Source: a virus (taxonomy: Duplodnaviria > Heunggongvirae > Uroviricota > Caudoviricetes). Taken from it: 64,000 bases of DNA. Of the stretch, positions 41,448-52,858 are shown in pieces. The notes under the pieces were generated by a model. That model was not told the DNA's origin. It saw only the letters and a list, made by a program, of their open reading frames with translations, and made no database searches. The stretch is taken from the IMG/VR virus record IMGVR_UViG_3300049211_000031, positions 946 through 64,945 of that record; one strand, given 5' to 3'. The position numbers and the translations under genes were made by a program. Every line of letters starts with the position of its first letter. The first letter of the stretch is position 1.

Positions 41448-44400
41448 ATGCCACAACAAGACCCAATAAAACCGGGACAAGTAACAAATCTTCCACAGAA
41501 CAATTACGATCCAAATGCTGAAGCAGGTAGAGTAGTAAATAAACTTCCATATGTTGCTCCTCCAACTGCTCTTAACTTATTGTTTAATAGTACAGCTCCT
41601 ACTACTGCAGAAGGTGCTAGTAAGGTGAATCCTGCTTACGCATTATATATTAACACATTAAAGAATGCTAATGGAAAACAGGCCTTTTTAAGTCAGCCTT
41701 ATTACACACCTGAGACAATAGCAGGACGATATGGGGATAAGGAAATAGGTGGTTATCATCCATATGACATGAACCTTGAAAATTGGTATGGAGATAATCA
41801 AAGCTGGTTTAATCAATGGGGAAATCGTCTTGGCAAGCTTGGAACAAAGGCAATAGGTAGCTTTGCTAATTCCTTAATGGACATTCCAAACATTATAGCT
41901 CAATCAGCAACAGGACAAATGTCTCTGGATAAGATGTGGGATAATCCAACAAATAGTTGGGCTACTGATCTTATGGAGTGGAGTGAAAAAGCTATGCCTA
42001 ATTATGAGACAAATTGGGAAAGAGAGCATCCTTTTGCTAATCTTATTCCTATTTATGGTGCTCTTCATGGCGGTAGTGCTGCAAACAGCTGGGGCAAAGC
42101 AATAGAGAATCTTGGTTTTACTGTGGGTGCTATTGGTGGAGCTGTAGTAGAAGACTTAATTGTAGGTGGATTAACAGGCGGGGTAGGTGAAGTACCTCTT
42201 GCTGCTATGCAAATAAATAAAGCTGTTTATAAGCTAGGTAAGCTTGTTAATGCAGGAGAGGATTTCTTAGGAGCACTTAAGTCTAACATTAGAAATGCTG
42301 ATGATATTGTAAAAGGACTTAAAGGAATAGATAGATTCAATTATGCTGTTCGTCAAGGACTTTGGGGAGCTAATATGATTACATCAGGTATCTCTGAAGC
42401 TGCTTTTGAAGGTATTGAATCTTACAAAACACTATCTAAAGACCTTCAACAAAAATATTTTGAAGAAACAGGTAAAGCTCCTTCTTTTGAAGAAAATCAA
42501 AAGATAGACGCTCTTGCTAGAGATGCTGCTAACTCTCGTTTCTTATTAAATACTGCTTTATTAGCAGCAACAAATAGTATTCAATGGGGTAATCTGTTTC
42601 GTCCTCTAAACGCTACTAAAGAACTTCTTGAAGCAGAAGCTAAACAAGGTGTACGTATAGCATTAAAGGAAGGAAGTGTGGACGCTTTCGAAGCTGTAGA
42701 ACATACTTCCAGACTAGCTAAATGGGGAAAGAACCTTACCGATAATAAAGTATCTCAAATTCTATTTGGCTCATCTTCTGAAGGATTTGAAGAAGGCGCT
42801 CAATATATTATTGAGAAAGGTATTAACGATTTTTACAAAAGGAAGTATGAAGATAAGAATATCACTCTTACTAACAACTTTTTAAAATCGTTTGGTACAG
42901 GTTTAGCTGAAACATTAGGTACTAAGGAAGGTTGGGAGAATATAGTTCAGGGCCTTCTAGGTGGTGCACTTTATAAAGGTGGGGAACATGCGTATTACAA
43001 GGCAAGAGGTATAAATAACAATCCTAACTACAAAAAACAAATAGATGCTGTAATTGATGGACTAAACTCCCAATCTCTTACAGGTATATTTGAGAATAAA
43101 TACGGCACTGCTGTTGAAGCTATGTCTATTCAGCAGGACTTGCAAGATGCTGCTGCTAAGAATAATGTATTTGCATATAAGAACTATAAGCACGATCAGT
43201 TTGTAAACTTTGTTTTAAGTGGTATTCAACAAAATAAGTTTGATACCCGCCTTGAACAACTTCAAGAATTAAAGAAGCTTGAGGGTTCTGAATTTGAAAA
43301 AATGTTTGGTATTCCTTCTAATACAGAGAACAAAAAAACTGTGTCTGAATATGTAGGCAAATTGGAAGAAAATGCTAAGTATATAAAGGAAATTCACAAA
43401 AGGGTATCTCGTACATTTGTTAATCCTTATCAGCTTAAAGGAACAGGTAACTACAAGAATGCTGAAGAGAAAAAGAGACAAGACGAGGAGAATGAGAAGC
43501 ACATCATTTACGAGAAGGTAAAAAATGAGCTTGTTCGCTTAATGTCTATTTCTAAGGACTCGGCAGATCGCATTAGAGATATGCATAGTCAGATTACTTC
43601 TATGCAGACTGTTGTAGACCCTTCAACTGTTATTAAGCTTTCTTCAATAGAAGGGATACAAGATCTCAAAAAGGAATATAAAGAAAAATTAAAACTTGCT
43701 GAGGAATCACTTAAGCTTGCTCCCAATGATGCTAAAAATAAAAGGGATGTTAAGTGGTATTCTAAGAAAGTATCTGAGATAGAAGATGTTACTAATGAGA
43801 AAGATGAGAAAACTCAAAATGTTAAATACAACAAATTTCTAAATGATGTATTTGATAGAACACAAAAAGAAGATAATAAGTTCTATAAATTATATGGTAC
43901 TGACTCTCAGAAGTTGTCTGTAGACACTCCTTTTCCAAGAGATGTTATTAAGGATTTAACTGATTTGGGAAAAGATATTTATTACTTACAAAAAAGGAAT
44001 GAGGTTGCCGTTGATAGATATGCTAGTTTAACTACTAAAGGAGGATTTAAAGAGCACTTTGATAAAGAGGCTACTGCAAGAAAGGAGGCTAATGATTTAT
44101 TAGTTAATCTACAACAACCTCAGACACAAGGACAAGCAGCGCAACAACAAGCAGCATTTAATGCTTCTCAAGTACAACAAAATCAAGCACCTACTCCTCA
44201 GCCACAAGCAGCTACTACAAATACAACAGCACAAACTCCTTCTTCTCAACCACCTACAGCAATTCCTCAACAACAAGGATATGTTGAAGAACTTGGTATA
44301 ATAAAAACAGCAGACGAGGAAAGAGCTGAACTCATCACTTACATGATTGAGGCTATTGACGAAAAGAGAGTCTTAAGTGAAATAGAAGCTGAAATCTTAG

Positions 44401-47400
44401 GCTTTAAGACTATTGACGATTTAAAGTTTGATAATCCTTCAGTTAAAGTAGAGGATTATGAAAAAATTAGAACTCAGTCAAAAAGGCACTACTACCTTCA
44501 CAAAGACACCATAAAGGCTGGTAGAGAGTTCCTAGAAGAATATAACAAAAGACCTTCTACAATATCTAATTTAGTATCTGAGATTGAGAAGAAAAGGAAG
44601 GACGCGTTACAAGGTATTAAATTATCGGATGTACAGGTTGGAGATAAACTACAAGTTTCTTCAAACTTGTCCGGAGGATTTAAAAATAAAGATGTTGTAG
44701 TTACTAGAAGATCAAAACTGGGAGTTCAATTTGATAACGAAAACGTATGGTATAACTTTAAAAATTCTACACTTTCTATAGTTAATTTTAAAAACTATAG
44801 TCAAGAAGAAAGAATTAACGCTAAATATGATGCAGAGTTAGCTGTACTAAGAGGGGGAGCTTCTCAAGAAAGCAATGAAAATCAAGGTGGTGCGCCTCCT
44901 ATCACTCCTAATGATCCACCTCCTACTACAGGAACAGGAGGACTTAGGACTGATGACTTCATGGCAAAAGTATTTGTTCCGGGAGATTTAAAACTCTCGT
45001 TTAACAATGCTATATTCTCAGGAACTAGGGATCAAGTTAAGACTGGAATGAGTATTCGTGTAAGACCACTGGAGCCTCAATTCCAGCAGCAATTTGATCA
45101 ACAATCTGCTACAAGATCATATACACAAATGACTGGATTTCCAGGAGTATATGTGTCTAAAGCACCTGTTGATATTTCTGTTTCACACTTTAATGGTATC
45201 GAAGTGAATGAAATAGGTAAAGTAGCCTATCCAAAGAGACTTTTGTTTAGAGTAGGTAATGACTTTGTTAACATTGACAGGCTTACTCCTGAGCAATATC
45301 AACATTTCACTGGCAGGCCAGCAGCTCAACATGCTGCTGATGTAGAAGAATATAACAAACAAGTAGCTTTTACAAACTACTTAGCTTTAAGATTTAGAAA
45401 TAACAATCTACAAGAAATTACTCTCACTCCACAAGAGATTAATGAGCTTCTTGATATTGTTATTACTTATGGAGAGTTGGACCTTATACCAGTTGGCCAA
45501 GAAAGACCATTATATAATCAGCTAAGACGCAACACTGTATCTCTTCCTATCTCAACAGGGGGAACATTAAATACAATGGTGATACTGTCTGCTCCTAAAC
45601 GTCAGATGGATGAAGATGGTGTAATGGTTCGTGAAAGAATAGGAAGTATCAATCCTATCTATGGACAAAATTTCTATGATAATTCAAGTGCAGATGATAG
45701 TGTTATTTTAGATTTTATCAGTAATTCGGCTGACAGTATTATTAAAGTGAATTCTCGTTACATAGGACTAGTATCTAAACCAGATGGTAGTTTTTCTCTT
45801 ATTGCTCTACGTCCAGCAGAAATGGACACTGCTGCTAAAACAAGTTTACTCCAAACTCTTATAGATAGATCAACAGAGTCTCTTAGGACAAACTTTGTTC
45901 CTTCTACAAAGGAGGAGTCTCCTAAGAATGTATTATTAATAGGTAATGATGAGGTTTACTATAAACTTCCAAGTGACGCTGCTAAAGACTATAATAAAGA
46001 TTTCAATGACAATATAAATAATCAAGTGTTTATTTCAGATCCTAATGGTAAAGTGTGGTTTGAAATTACACTTAGTCCAATTGGAGCTCTTCGCTTGGAT
46101 ATTCATGAACCTAATTCTGGATATAGAAATCGTCTTATTGTTGCTCCTCAAAAGGTTGGAAAACTTGATTCTTTCCAAGCAATGATTGATGCATTTAATA
46201 ATGAATTAGTAAAGAAAGAAAAAGATGATGAAACTCTCAGAGGACTAGCAATAAGACTAAACAGTAGTAACTTTAGGCAAAACATAGCTGATGATAGTAA
46301 TATTCCTAATGCTGAAGCATTGGCTTCTCAACTAACTGCTGCTACATCTACAGAGGTATTTAAGAACGGAACAATGAAACTTGTTCCTGATACTGGAAAT
46401 GTAGCATCAGCTTATAAAAATGCAAGAGGTAGCACACAACAGGCTACTCCTGAACAAACAGCTCAAGAACAGCCTCCTGTTGCTCCTGAAACTCCAGCTA
46501 CTCCAGCAATGCCTCAAGGGCTTACTTCTCTTACAGAGCAACAACCTCAGGAGTATGGTACACTAGAAGATGTGTTTGGTCCCCAGATTCCTACTGGAAT
46601 GTTTCAAGGTATGACAGGAGTTCCTGTAGATGAATCAGGAAATCCTATTGCACCTATAGAGACTGCTCCTCAAAATCAAGAGGAAGCACAAGGAATTGTT
46701 TATACATCTGTTAAGGAAGCATTAAATGCTAATGACATAGACTATAGAACAGTAGAAGGTGAAACTCAGTTCTTTAATATTAGTACAGGCCAATTACTTG
46801 ATCTTCCTGGAGTAGCTCCAAAGGACTTAGCTGATTCTATGGGACTTACTATTGCACCTCAACAAAGACCTCAGAGAGGTACAGGATTTGACTTTATGCG
46901 TTCTGAGCAAAATCTATCTACATTAAACAACATGGTAGATTTTGAGAATGCTAGAGTGTACATCAATTCTATTCTTCCCTCATTTATTAGTGTGGAGGAC
47001 ATGGATGCTGTAATGAATAAGATTAGAGAGCAAGGAATTGAAAATCCTGAGAAAAATGTTTGGGGAGCTTTCAAGGATGGGATCATCTATCTTAATAAGC
47101 AAGCTCCATCAGCAGGACAAGAGTATCATGAAGCATTCCATGCTGTATTTAATTCATTCATTCCTCAAGAAGAACAAAAGTCTCTTCTTAACTATGCTAA
47201 TGATGAGCTTTACAAAAAGCTTAAGAAAGAAGGAAAATCTATTAGAGAATATATTAATGAACAGCGTAAACAAGGAGTATGGACAAATATTTCTGATACC
47301 CATGCAGCTAATAAAGCAGCTGAAGAATGGATGGCAGAAAAGTTTCGCTCATGGAAAAATAAAAAAAAGAACGCAGGTATTCTTCAAAGACTATTTGATT

Positions 47401-50400
47401 TAATTGATAGATTTTTTAGATGGATAACTAGAAATCAAAATGATCTTAATGCCCTATTCCACAAAATAGATACAGGAGGGTATAAATATTCTAATATAGC
47501 TGCTAACTCCTTCACTCAAGAGACAACTGAAGACACTAATATTCAGGAGTTTAAATTCATGCTTGTTCCTGCTCGTCCTACGCAAATGGCAGTCGGTAGA
47601 GGAACTATTGAAGTAAAGAGAAATCTTGATGCTAAGACATCTACACAAGTGATTCAAAATGTAGCTGCTTACTTTGAGATGTACAAGAGAATGGGAGAGT
47701 ACCAGCTGTCTGATGAAAAGTTATTAGACCAAATATTGGACGACCTAAAAACTACATACAGCGCAGATAATCCTCTTTATGAAGGAATGACTCAAGAGCA
47801 ATTAAATATAATAGCTAACTCTGACGAAAACTATATTTATTCAAATGACGAGACAAGAGCTATTATAAAAGAAGGTGCTAAAGAGTACATTAATTCAATG
47901 AATTATTTTGAACAATTCCAGTCTGAGGAACTTGAAGATCAAGAACAGGATACAGGTGCACCAAGAACTGGATATGATAATAGCTCTGAGAATATTGGAG
48001 GATTTAGCTCTCTTCCAGGAATGGTTCGTCATTACTTAGGGTTTACATCTTATCCTGTAACTAATAGATTTGGTCAATCTACATTAGCTAATGGTAAGCC
48101 CGTAATAGCTACAATTGATGCTGTATCAGTTTACTATGGATTACTACGTGCTACAGCTAATATCAATGATCCTGTCAGATTCTTTCAGAGAATGATACGC
48201 TTTGCTGATAACAATGAGCAGAGTCGTCACTTTGTTAAGAAATTCCTCGTTGATACAGGACTTAACGAAGACGCATTAAATGAAGGTAGAATTGAGGCTA
48301 CCAGAAATAAAGCCTTAGTTGAGCAGGTAAGAAAAGCATTTAATAAGTATCGTATTGATTATATATTTACAGAGTATGACATGAAGAAGGGTAAATATCG
48401 CTCTTATCATGCAAATCGTAGAAATGTAGAAAATGTACAATTCGATAAATGGTCTAATGTATTTATTGATGGATACTCTGAGATGAGTGCTGACCAGCAG
48501 GCTACTATACGCAGAACTATTGATAACATAAGAAACAGATACTTTGATCCAAGAAGGGCTACAAAGAGAACAGCTGATGAAATCAATGTGATAGTTACTG
48601 AAGTAAGGAATGCTCTACTTTCAGTAGGTATGCAACTGTCATTCGACTATATAAGATATTCATTATTAAGTATTAATGCTAAAAGATTTGATACTCTAAA
48701 TAAAGAATATAAAGCTCAGGGAGCAGAATTACAGGTTGATGATCCACAAAACACATTTATTTCTAAAGCTGATTATAACTATGTTCAGGTAATGAAGATT
48801 GCTGATGAAGTTACTTTGAGTAAAGAGTTTATGGATGAGCTTTCTAGGTCTTTATCAGCTAATGAGAACCCTTATTTTCGTGTATTAAGAGAAGGTGAAG
48901 ATATTGATGAGGAAGAAGAAAAGTCAAAGGGTGGTATGGTGACACGTATCTCAAATGTCGCTAAGGGTAATGCTTTATTTGATGAAACTGTAGGTGAGTC
49001 TTCTTATATGAATGCTGATGATAAATTAGTATTTGCTCACCAAGATGGTACATTTAATGTTAAGGCCTCTTATGCACTTAGAGATGCTGAAACCAGAAGA
49101 AGACTTAGAGAGACTGGTATAAGAAATGAGGCTTCTGCAGCTACAGATTCCTACGATTCTGCATGGTTAACAGATAACTACTTGTTAAACTCTGCTTCAT
49201 TTGAAGCAGTAGCAGATAATCTATTGTTTCAGAATATAGATGGTATTCGTGCTGTAGAAACAAATAAAGAAGGTAAAGTAATTACAGAGGAGTTTAGAGA
49301 CCAAAAAGAAGGTGTTACCTATGGTTCTTATTCTCCTAGAGAATTCTTTATTAACCTTACAAATATGTATATCTCTTATGCTAAAGTTCAGAAGACAGCA
49401 GCAGGAGATGTTATTACTACTCCTCATCTAATTCGTGTACTTGAAGCTTCTAAAACAGCTAACACTGTAAACCTACCTATCAACTTAGATGTTTATAGAG
49501 AAGGTACAGTAACAGAGAAAACTGCAGATATTCTTTTTAAGGAGGTGCAAAAAGAGTTCAACAGAATAAAAAGAGTGCAGGGTGAAGTAGGAACTTTAAC
49601 AGATAGTATAGTGGAAAATTATCATACAGGTAGTTTTGAAGATGATGGATTTACTGTAAGAAAGGGTTATCGTGGCCTGAAGTTTACAGATAACATGACT
49701 TCCTTATTGACTAAATCTACAGCTAATCTACTTGAAAGGAAAGCTCGTACAAACCTAGAACTATCTCAAGAAGATGTTGCTACTATTAAACAAGAGATTA
49801 AAAACTCTTTAAATAAGATGGTAGATGACGCTATTGATCTGATGGTAGCTGAAGGTATTATTAAGATAGGACCTAAAGGTTCTTATCAAAACGTACTTCT
49901 TCATCGCGAGTTCTTTGTTCAAGGTAAAGATAGTTTAGGACTGAACTTACAAAGTGTTGATAAAGGAGTAAAATTTAAAACGAATATAGGACATGTTCTC
50001 ATAAATGACTACATTAATACATTAGCGTATAATCAGATTCTTCATGGTGATCCTGCGTTATCGCTAAAGAATGACGGTGGTATTGATGCTGTAAAACGTG
50101 CCAAGGGTGACAATGCTGCAATCACTTCTATTAGAACTGATTTGACAGCTCCAGAGCTTGGAATTACTGAAGCATTTACACATTCAAGTGTAGCTATTTT
50201 TAAGGAACCTGTTGCTCCAGATGGAACAAAGGTAGCCGATGCTCAAATGTATGCTACTGTACGTGCTCTTCGTTATACATTATGGGGACTTGGTAGACTT
50301 TCTCCACGTTTAGCTAGATTTTTAGACGCCTTAGAAAGAGGAGATGATATTCACAACTTAACAGATTCAAATGGTGAAACTTATGATGGAGTGTTTGATG

Positions 50401-52796
50401 ATAGTAAAGGCATCTTAAGATGGGATGAAATGACTAACTCTTTAAAACTCGTATTTAAAGATGGTAAGACATACTACAAAATGTCTGTAGTTATTCTTCA
50501 ACCAAATCTTACTGCTAGAAGGAATGAGCAAGGTGAGTGGATAACTCGTCCGGGATGGGAAACCCTCGATAGTCTTAGAAGAAAGATGGAGAAAGACAGA
50601 ATACATTTTGCTGCTCCAGAATCAGCTTCTAAAATGATGACTTTAGATGTATCTAAAGCTGAAGACTTCTCAGACTTAAAAGGACATTTAGTTGATAATC
50701 AGTATTTTGGACTACAAACAGAAAATCCTTCTAATAAGCTTGAAATTACTACACCTACTCAGTTATTACAATTGATTGATTCTGAGCAAGATGATAGTGT
50801 AGAAGTAGTGTTCCAAGGCACAAGAACTAGTGTTGGAGAAGTTAAGAGAATTTATCAAGAGTCTGTAGCTCAGAAAGTAGTAAACTCTTATGATACAGCT
50901 CTTAATGAAATATACGATATTACAGAGTTTAATGAAGATATGGATACTTTGATTGTTAATGGTCATGTAACTCCTCGTCTTGCTAAATTCTATCAGCGTA
51001 TATCTTCTACATTAGAGTCATCAGGTAGTGATGCGCAATTATTAGACTTCTTCTCATTAGATGAGAATGGAAATATTAGGTTTAACGCTAACCTATCAGC
51101 AATTAAAACTAAATCTCAACAGCTTTATCTGTCATACTTTTCTAAAGGAGTTCTTTCTCAGAAGAATCCTGGTTATACTGTAGCTCTGTTCTCAGGTATT
51201 GATACTAAAACTTCTAGAATAGCTAAAAGGGTTGAGAATGGAGTTGTTACAGAATGGGCTTACGTTAGAAGAGATGAATGGGACGCTAACCATAATGGGG
51301 TGAGAGATCAACAGATACTTGGTTCTAAAGATCAAGTGACTGAAGAAGGGCAATTATTCTTGGATGAACTTCAATACATGGTCCCTAAATATAATTATGA
51401 GGGAGAAGTAGAAGGGTATTATTCAGAAATGATGCTTCCTGCTCATTTTAAAGAGCTTCTTGGTCTTAGACCAGGGGATGAAATTCCTGATGCTATAGCT
51501 TATATGTTTGGTGTACGTATTCCTTCTCAAGATAAACACTCATTCATTTCTTTAAAACTAATAGACTTCTTACCAGCTAACTTAGGGTCTACAGGTATGT
51601 TCCCTAAGGAGTTGATTAAACTATCAGGTGCTGACTTTGACATTGATAAACTCTTTATTACTAGATATGACTTCTATCTTACTAAAGATGCAGATGGCAA
51701 TCCTAAATTTAATAAATATGGTGATGCTACGAATGATAGGGGTAGATGGATGGAGTATAAGAGATGGATGTTAGAAAACAATAAGTCTCTTAAAAACACT
51801 GTAAGAGATATTCTTTTACAAGACGCTACTTATCAGGAGCTTAAAGATGAGCAGCAGGTATTAAGAGAGCTTCAGATGGAAGAAGCATTTGACGATGCTG
51901 CTAGACAATTAAAAAAGCAACTTTATGACAGAGCTGTTTCTCAAGCTTTAGCGTATCTAAAACTTCCTTCTACACTAGAGCAGTTTACAGAAGCCTCAAG
52001 AACTAAAGAACTAAATAATGGTGTTCTGAATAATAGAATACTAGATAGTTATCGTACTCTTTTAACAAATAGGGGAATGCATGAAATTGCTGCTACACCT
52101 GCTAGCTTAACAGCTCTACAGGACATTCAGGATGAGAATGACATTACGTTGAGAGATGCTCAAGGAAATAAAATAGGCTCTGTTTTTCAAAAGAAAACAA
52201 ATTATCCAGTAGATAGTTTAATGGGTAAATTCTATGGATTTAAGAATAACACTACAGGCAAAAACAATATTGGTATTGATGTTAATGCTAACTTAATATA
52301 TTCAGTAGCTAATAAAGGAGATATATCCTTAACAGACCCTGAAGAAGGATTTGAAATGGACAGTAAGAAGTTTTCTAGCTTTTCTGGAAATAGAGAATAT
52401 AATTTAGAAACTGAGCAGTTTGATGGAAAACGTACAAATGACGTTCTTTCTACATTAATTACAGCTGCTACAGATGAGGCTAAAGAACAGTTAAATGCCT
52501 TGTATAACTTAGGAGTGGATGCTCTGAAAGTAGTAAACTACTTGGTAGCTCTTAAAGTTCCTTTAAAGACAGCCATCTACTTTGTAAACCAGCCTTCTAT
52601 TCGTAACTACTTGGATATTAAGGCTGTAAAGCAAAATACAATTCAAACTAAAGAAGAAGAGAATCTCTATAGAGATGCCTTCAGGCAAGAAGCTGTATTA
52701 AAAACTCAAAAACAAATTAAGGATTATAAGGACATGTCTGACAGCGAGCTATTCAGCATGTTTGAGGCTAATAGTTTAGTGGAGGTAAGATGTTAA
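41448..52796 (+). CDS. giant virion-packaged DNA-dependent RNA polymerase polyprotein (crAss-like vRNAP)
   Basis: GADFDIDKL (D at 51633), RIPSQ (R at 51516); HEAFH zincin-like motif at 47127; 3782 aa. Confidence 0.88.
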   Translation: MPQQDPIKPGQVTNLPQNNYDPNAEAGRVVNKLPYVAPPTALNLLFNSTAPTTAEGASKVNPAYALYINTLKNANGKQAFLSQPYYTPETIAGRYGDKEIGGYHPYDMNLENWYGDNQSWFNQWGNRLGKLGTKAIGSFANSLMDIPNIIAQSATGQMSLDKMWDNPTNSWATDLMEWSEKAMPNYETNWEREHPFANLIPIYGALHGGSAANSWGKAIENLGFTVGAIGGAVVEDLIVGGLTGGVGEVPLAAMQINKAVYKLGKLVNAGEDFLGALKSNIRNADDIVKGLKGIDRFNYAVRQGLWGANMITSGISEAAFEGIESYKTLSKDLQQKYFEETGKAPSFEENQKIDALARDAANSRFLLNTALLAATNSIQWGNLFRPLNATKELLEAEAKQGVRIALKEGSVDAFEAVEHTSRLAKWGKNLTDNKVSQILFGSSSEGFEEGAQYIIEKGINDFYKRKYEDKNITLTNNFLKSFGTGLAETLGTKEGWENIVQGLLGGALYKGGEHAYYKARGINNNPNYKKQIDAVIDGLNSQSLTGIFENKYGTAVEAMSIQQDLQDAAAKNNVFAYKNYKHDQFVNFVLSGIQQNKFDTRLEQLQELKKLEGSEFEKMFGIPSNTENKKTVSEYVGKLEENAKYIKEIHKRVSRTFVNPYQLKGTGNYKNAEEKKRQDEENEKHIIYEKVKNELVRLMSISKDSADRIRDMHSQITSMQTVVDPSTVIKLSSIEGIQDLKKEYKEKLKLAEESLKLAPNDAKNKRDVKWYSKKVSEIEDVTNEKDEKTQNVKYNKFLNDVFDRTQKEDNKFYKLYGTDSQKLSVDTPFPRDVIKDLTDLGKDIYYLQKRNEVAVDRYASLTTKGGFKEHFDKEATARKEANDLLVNLQQPQTQGQAAQQQAAFNASQVQQNQAPTPQPQAATTNTTAQTPSSQPPTAIPQQQGYVEELGIIKTADEERAELITYMIEAIDEKRVLSEIEAEILGFKTIDDLKFDNPSVKVEDYEKIRTQSKRHYYLHKDTIKAGREFLEEYNKRPSTISNLVSEIEKKRKDALQGIKLSDVQVGDKLQVSSNLSGGFKNKDVVVTRRSKLGVQFDNENVWYNFKNSTLSIVNFKNYSQEERINAKYDAELAVLRGGASQESNENQGGAPPITPNDPPPTTGTGGLRTDDFMAKVFVPGDLKLSFNNAIFSGTRDQVKTGMSIRVRPLEPQFQQQFDQQSATRSYTQMTGFPGVYVSKAPVDISVSHFNGIEVNEIGKVAYPKRLLFRVGNDFVNIDRLTPEQYQHFTGRPAAQHAADVEEYNKQVAFTNYLALRFRNNNLQEITLTPQEINELLDIVITYGELDLIPVGQERPLYNQLRRNTVSLPISTGGTLNTMVILSAPKRQMDEDGVMVRERIGSINPIYGQNFYDNSSADDSVILDFISNSADSIIKVNSRYIGLVSKPDGSFSLIALRPAEMDTAAKTSLLQTLIDRSTESLRTNFVPSTKEESPKNVLLIGNDEVYYKLPSDAAKDYNKDFNDNINNQVFISDPNGKVWFEITLSPIGALRLDIHEPNSGYRNRLIVAPQKVGKLDSFQAMIDAFNNELVKKEKDDETLRGLAIRLNSSNFRQNIADDSNIPNAEALASQLTAATSTEVFKNGTMKLVPDTGNVASAYKNARGSTQQATPEQTAQEQPPVAPETPATPAMPQGLTSLTEQQPQEYGTLEDVFGPQIPTGMFQGMTGVPVDESGNPIAPIETAPQNQEEAQGIVYTSVKEALNANDIDYRTVEGETQFFNISTGQLLDLPGVAPKDLADSMGLTIAPQQRPQRGTGFDFMRSEQNLSTLNNMVDFENARVYINSILPSFISVEDMDAVMNKIREQGIENPEKNVWGAFKDGIIYLNKQAPSAGQEYHEAFHAVFNSFIPQEEQKSLLNYANDELYKKLKKEGKSIREYINEQRKQGVWTNISDTHAANKAAEEWMAEKFRSWKNKKKNAGILQRLFDLIDRFFRWITRNQNDLNALFHKIDTGGYKYSNIAANSFTQETTEDTNIQEFKFMLVPARPTQMAVGRGTIEVKRNLDAKTSTQVIQNVAAYFEMYKRMGEYQLSDEKLLDQILDDLKTTYSADNPLYEGMTQEQLNIIANSDENYIYSNDETRAIIKEGAKEYINSMNYFEQFQSEELEDQEQDTGAPRTGYDNSSENIGGFSSLPGMVRHYLGFTSYPVTNRFGQSTLANGKPVIATIDAVSVYYGLLRATANINDPVRFFQRMIRFADNNEQSRHFVKKFLVDTGLNEDALNEGRIEATRNKALVEQVRKAFNKYRIDYIFTEYDMKKGKYRSYHANRRNVENVQFDKWSNVFIDGYSEMSADQQATIRRTIDNIRNRYFDPRRATKRTADEINVIVTEVRNALLSVGMQLSFDYIRYSLLSINAKRFDTLNKEYKAQGAELQVDDPQNTFISKADYNYVQVMKIADEVTLSKEFMDELSRSLSANENPYFRVLREGEDIDEEEEKSKGGMVTRISNVAKGNALFDETVGESSYMNADDKLVFAHQDGTFNVKASYALRDAETRRRLRETGIRNEASAATDSYDSAWLTDNYLLNSASFEAVADNLLFQNIDGIRAVETNKEGKVITEEFRDQKEGVTYGSYSPREFFINLTNMYISYAKVQKTAAGDVITTPHLIRVLEASKTANTVNLPINLDVYREGTVTEKTADILFKEVQKEFNRIKRVQGEVGTLTDSIVENYHTGSFEDDGFTVRKGYRGLKFTDNMTSLLTKSTANLLERKARTNLELSQEDVATIKQEIKNSLNKMVDDAIDLMVAEGIIKIGPKGSYQNVLLHREFFVQGKDSLGLNLQSVDKGVKFKTNIGHVLINDYINTLAYNQILHGDPALSLKNDGGIDAVKRAKGDNAAITSIRTDLTAPELGITEAFTHSSVAIFKEPVAPDGTKVADAQMYATVRALRYTLWGLGRLSPRLARFLDALERGDDIHNLTDSNGETYDGVFDDSKGILRWDEMTNSLKLVFKDGKTYYKMSVVILQPNLTARRNEQGEWITRPGWETLDSLRRKMEKDRIHFAAPESASKMMTLDVSKAEDFSDLKGHLVDNQYFGLQTENPSNKLEITTPTQLLQLIDSEQDDSVEVVFQGTRTSVGEVKRIYQESVAQKVVNSYDTALNEIYDITEFNEDMDTLIVNGHVTPRLAKFYQRISSTLESSGSDAQLLDFFSLDENGNIRFNANLSAIKTKSQQLYLSYFSKGVLSQKNPGYTVALFSGIDTKTSRIAKRVENGVVTEWAYVRRDEWDANHNGVRDQQILGSKDQVTEEGQLFLDELQYMVPKYNYEGEVEGYYSEMMLPAHFKELLGLRPGDEIPDAIAYMFGVRIPSQDKHSFISLKLIDFLPANLGSTGMFPKELIKLSGADFDIDKLFITRYDFYLTKDADGNPKFNKYGDATNDRGRWMEYKRWMLENNKSLKNTVRDILLQDATYQELKDEQQVLRELQMEEAFDDAARQLKKQLYDRAVSQALAYLKLPSTLEQFTEASRTKELNNGVLNNRILDSYRTLLTNRGMHEIAATPASLTALQDIQDENDITLRDAQGNKIGSVFQKKTNYPVDSLMGKFYGFKNNTTGKNNIGIDVNANLIYSVANKGDISLTDPEEGFEMDSKKFSSFSGNREYNLETEQFDGKRTNDVLSTLITAATDEAKEQLNALYNLGVDALKVVNYLVALKVPLKTAIYFVNQPSIRNYLDIKAVKQNTIQTKEEENLYRDAFRQEAVLKTQKQIKDYKDMSDSELFSMFEANSLVEVRC

Positions 52797-52815
52797 CAAT
52801 AATCATCACTTCCAC

Positions 52816-52854
52816 TTACCTTCATAAAAAAGTGTAATTAAATTAGTATATTTG
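52816..52854 (+). promoter_or_regulatory. variant promoter (TTAC-N27-TATATTTG)
   Basis: TTACCTT...TAATTAAATTAGTATATTTGCTT, shared with 38896-38939. Confidence 0.6.
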
Positions 52855-52858
52855 CTTT

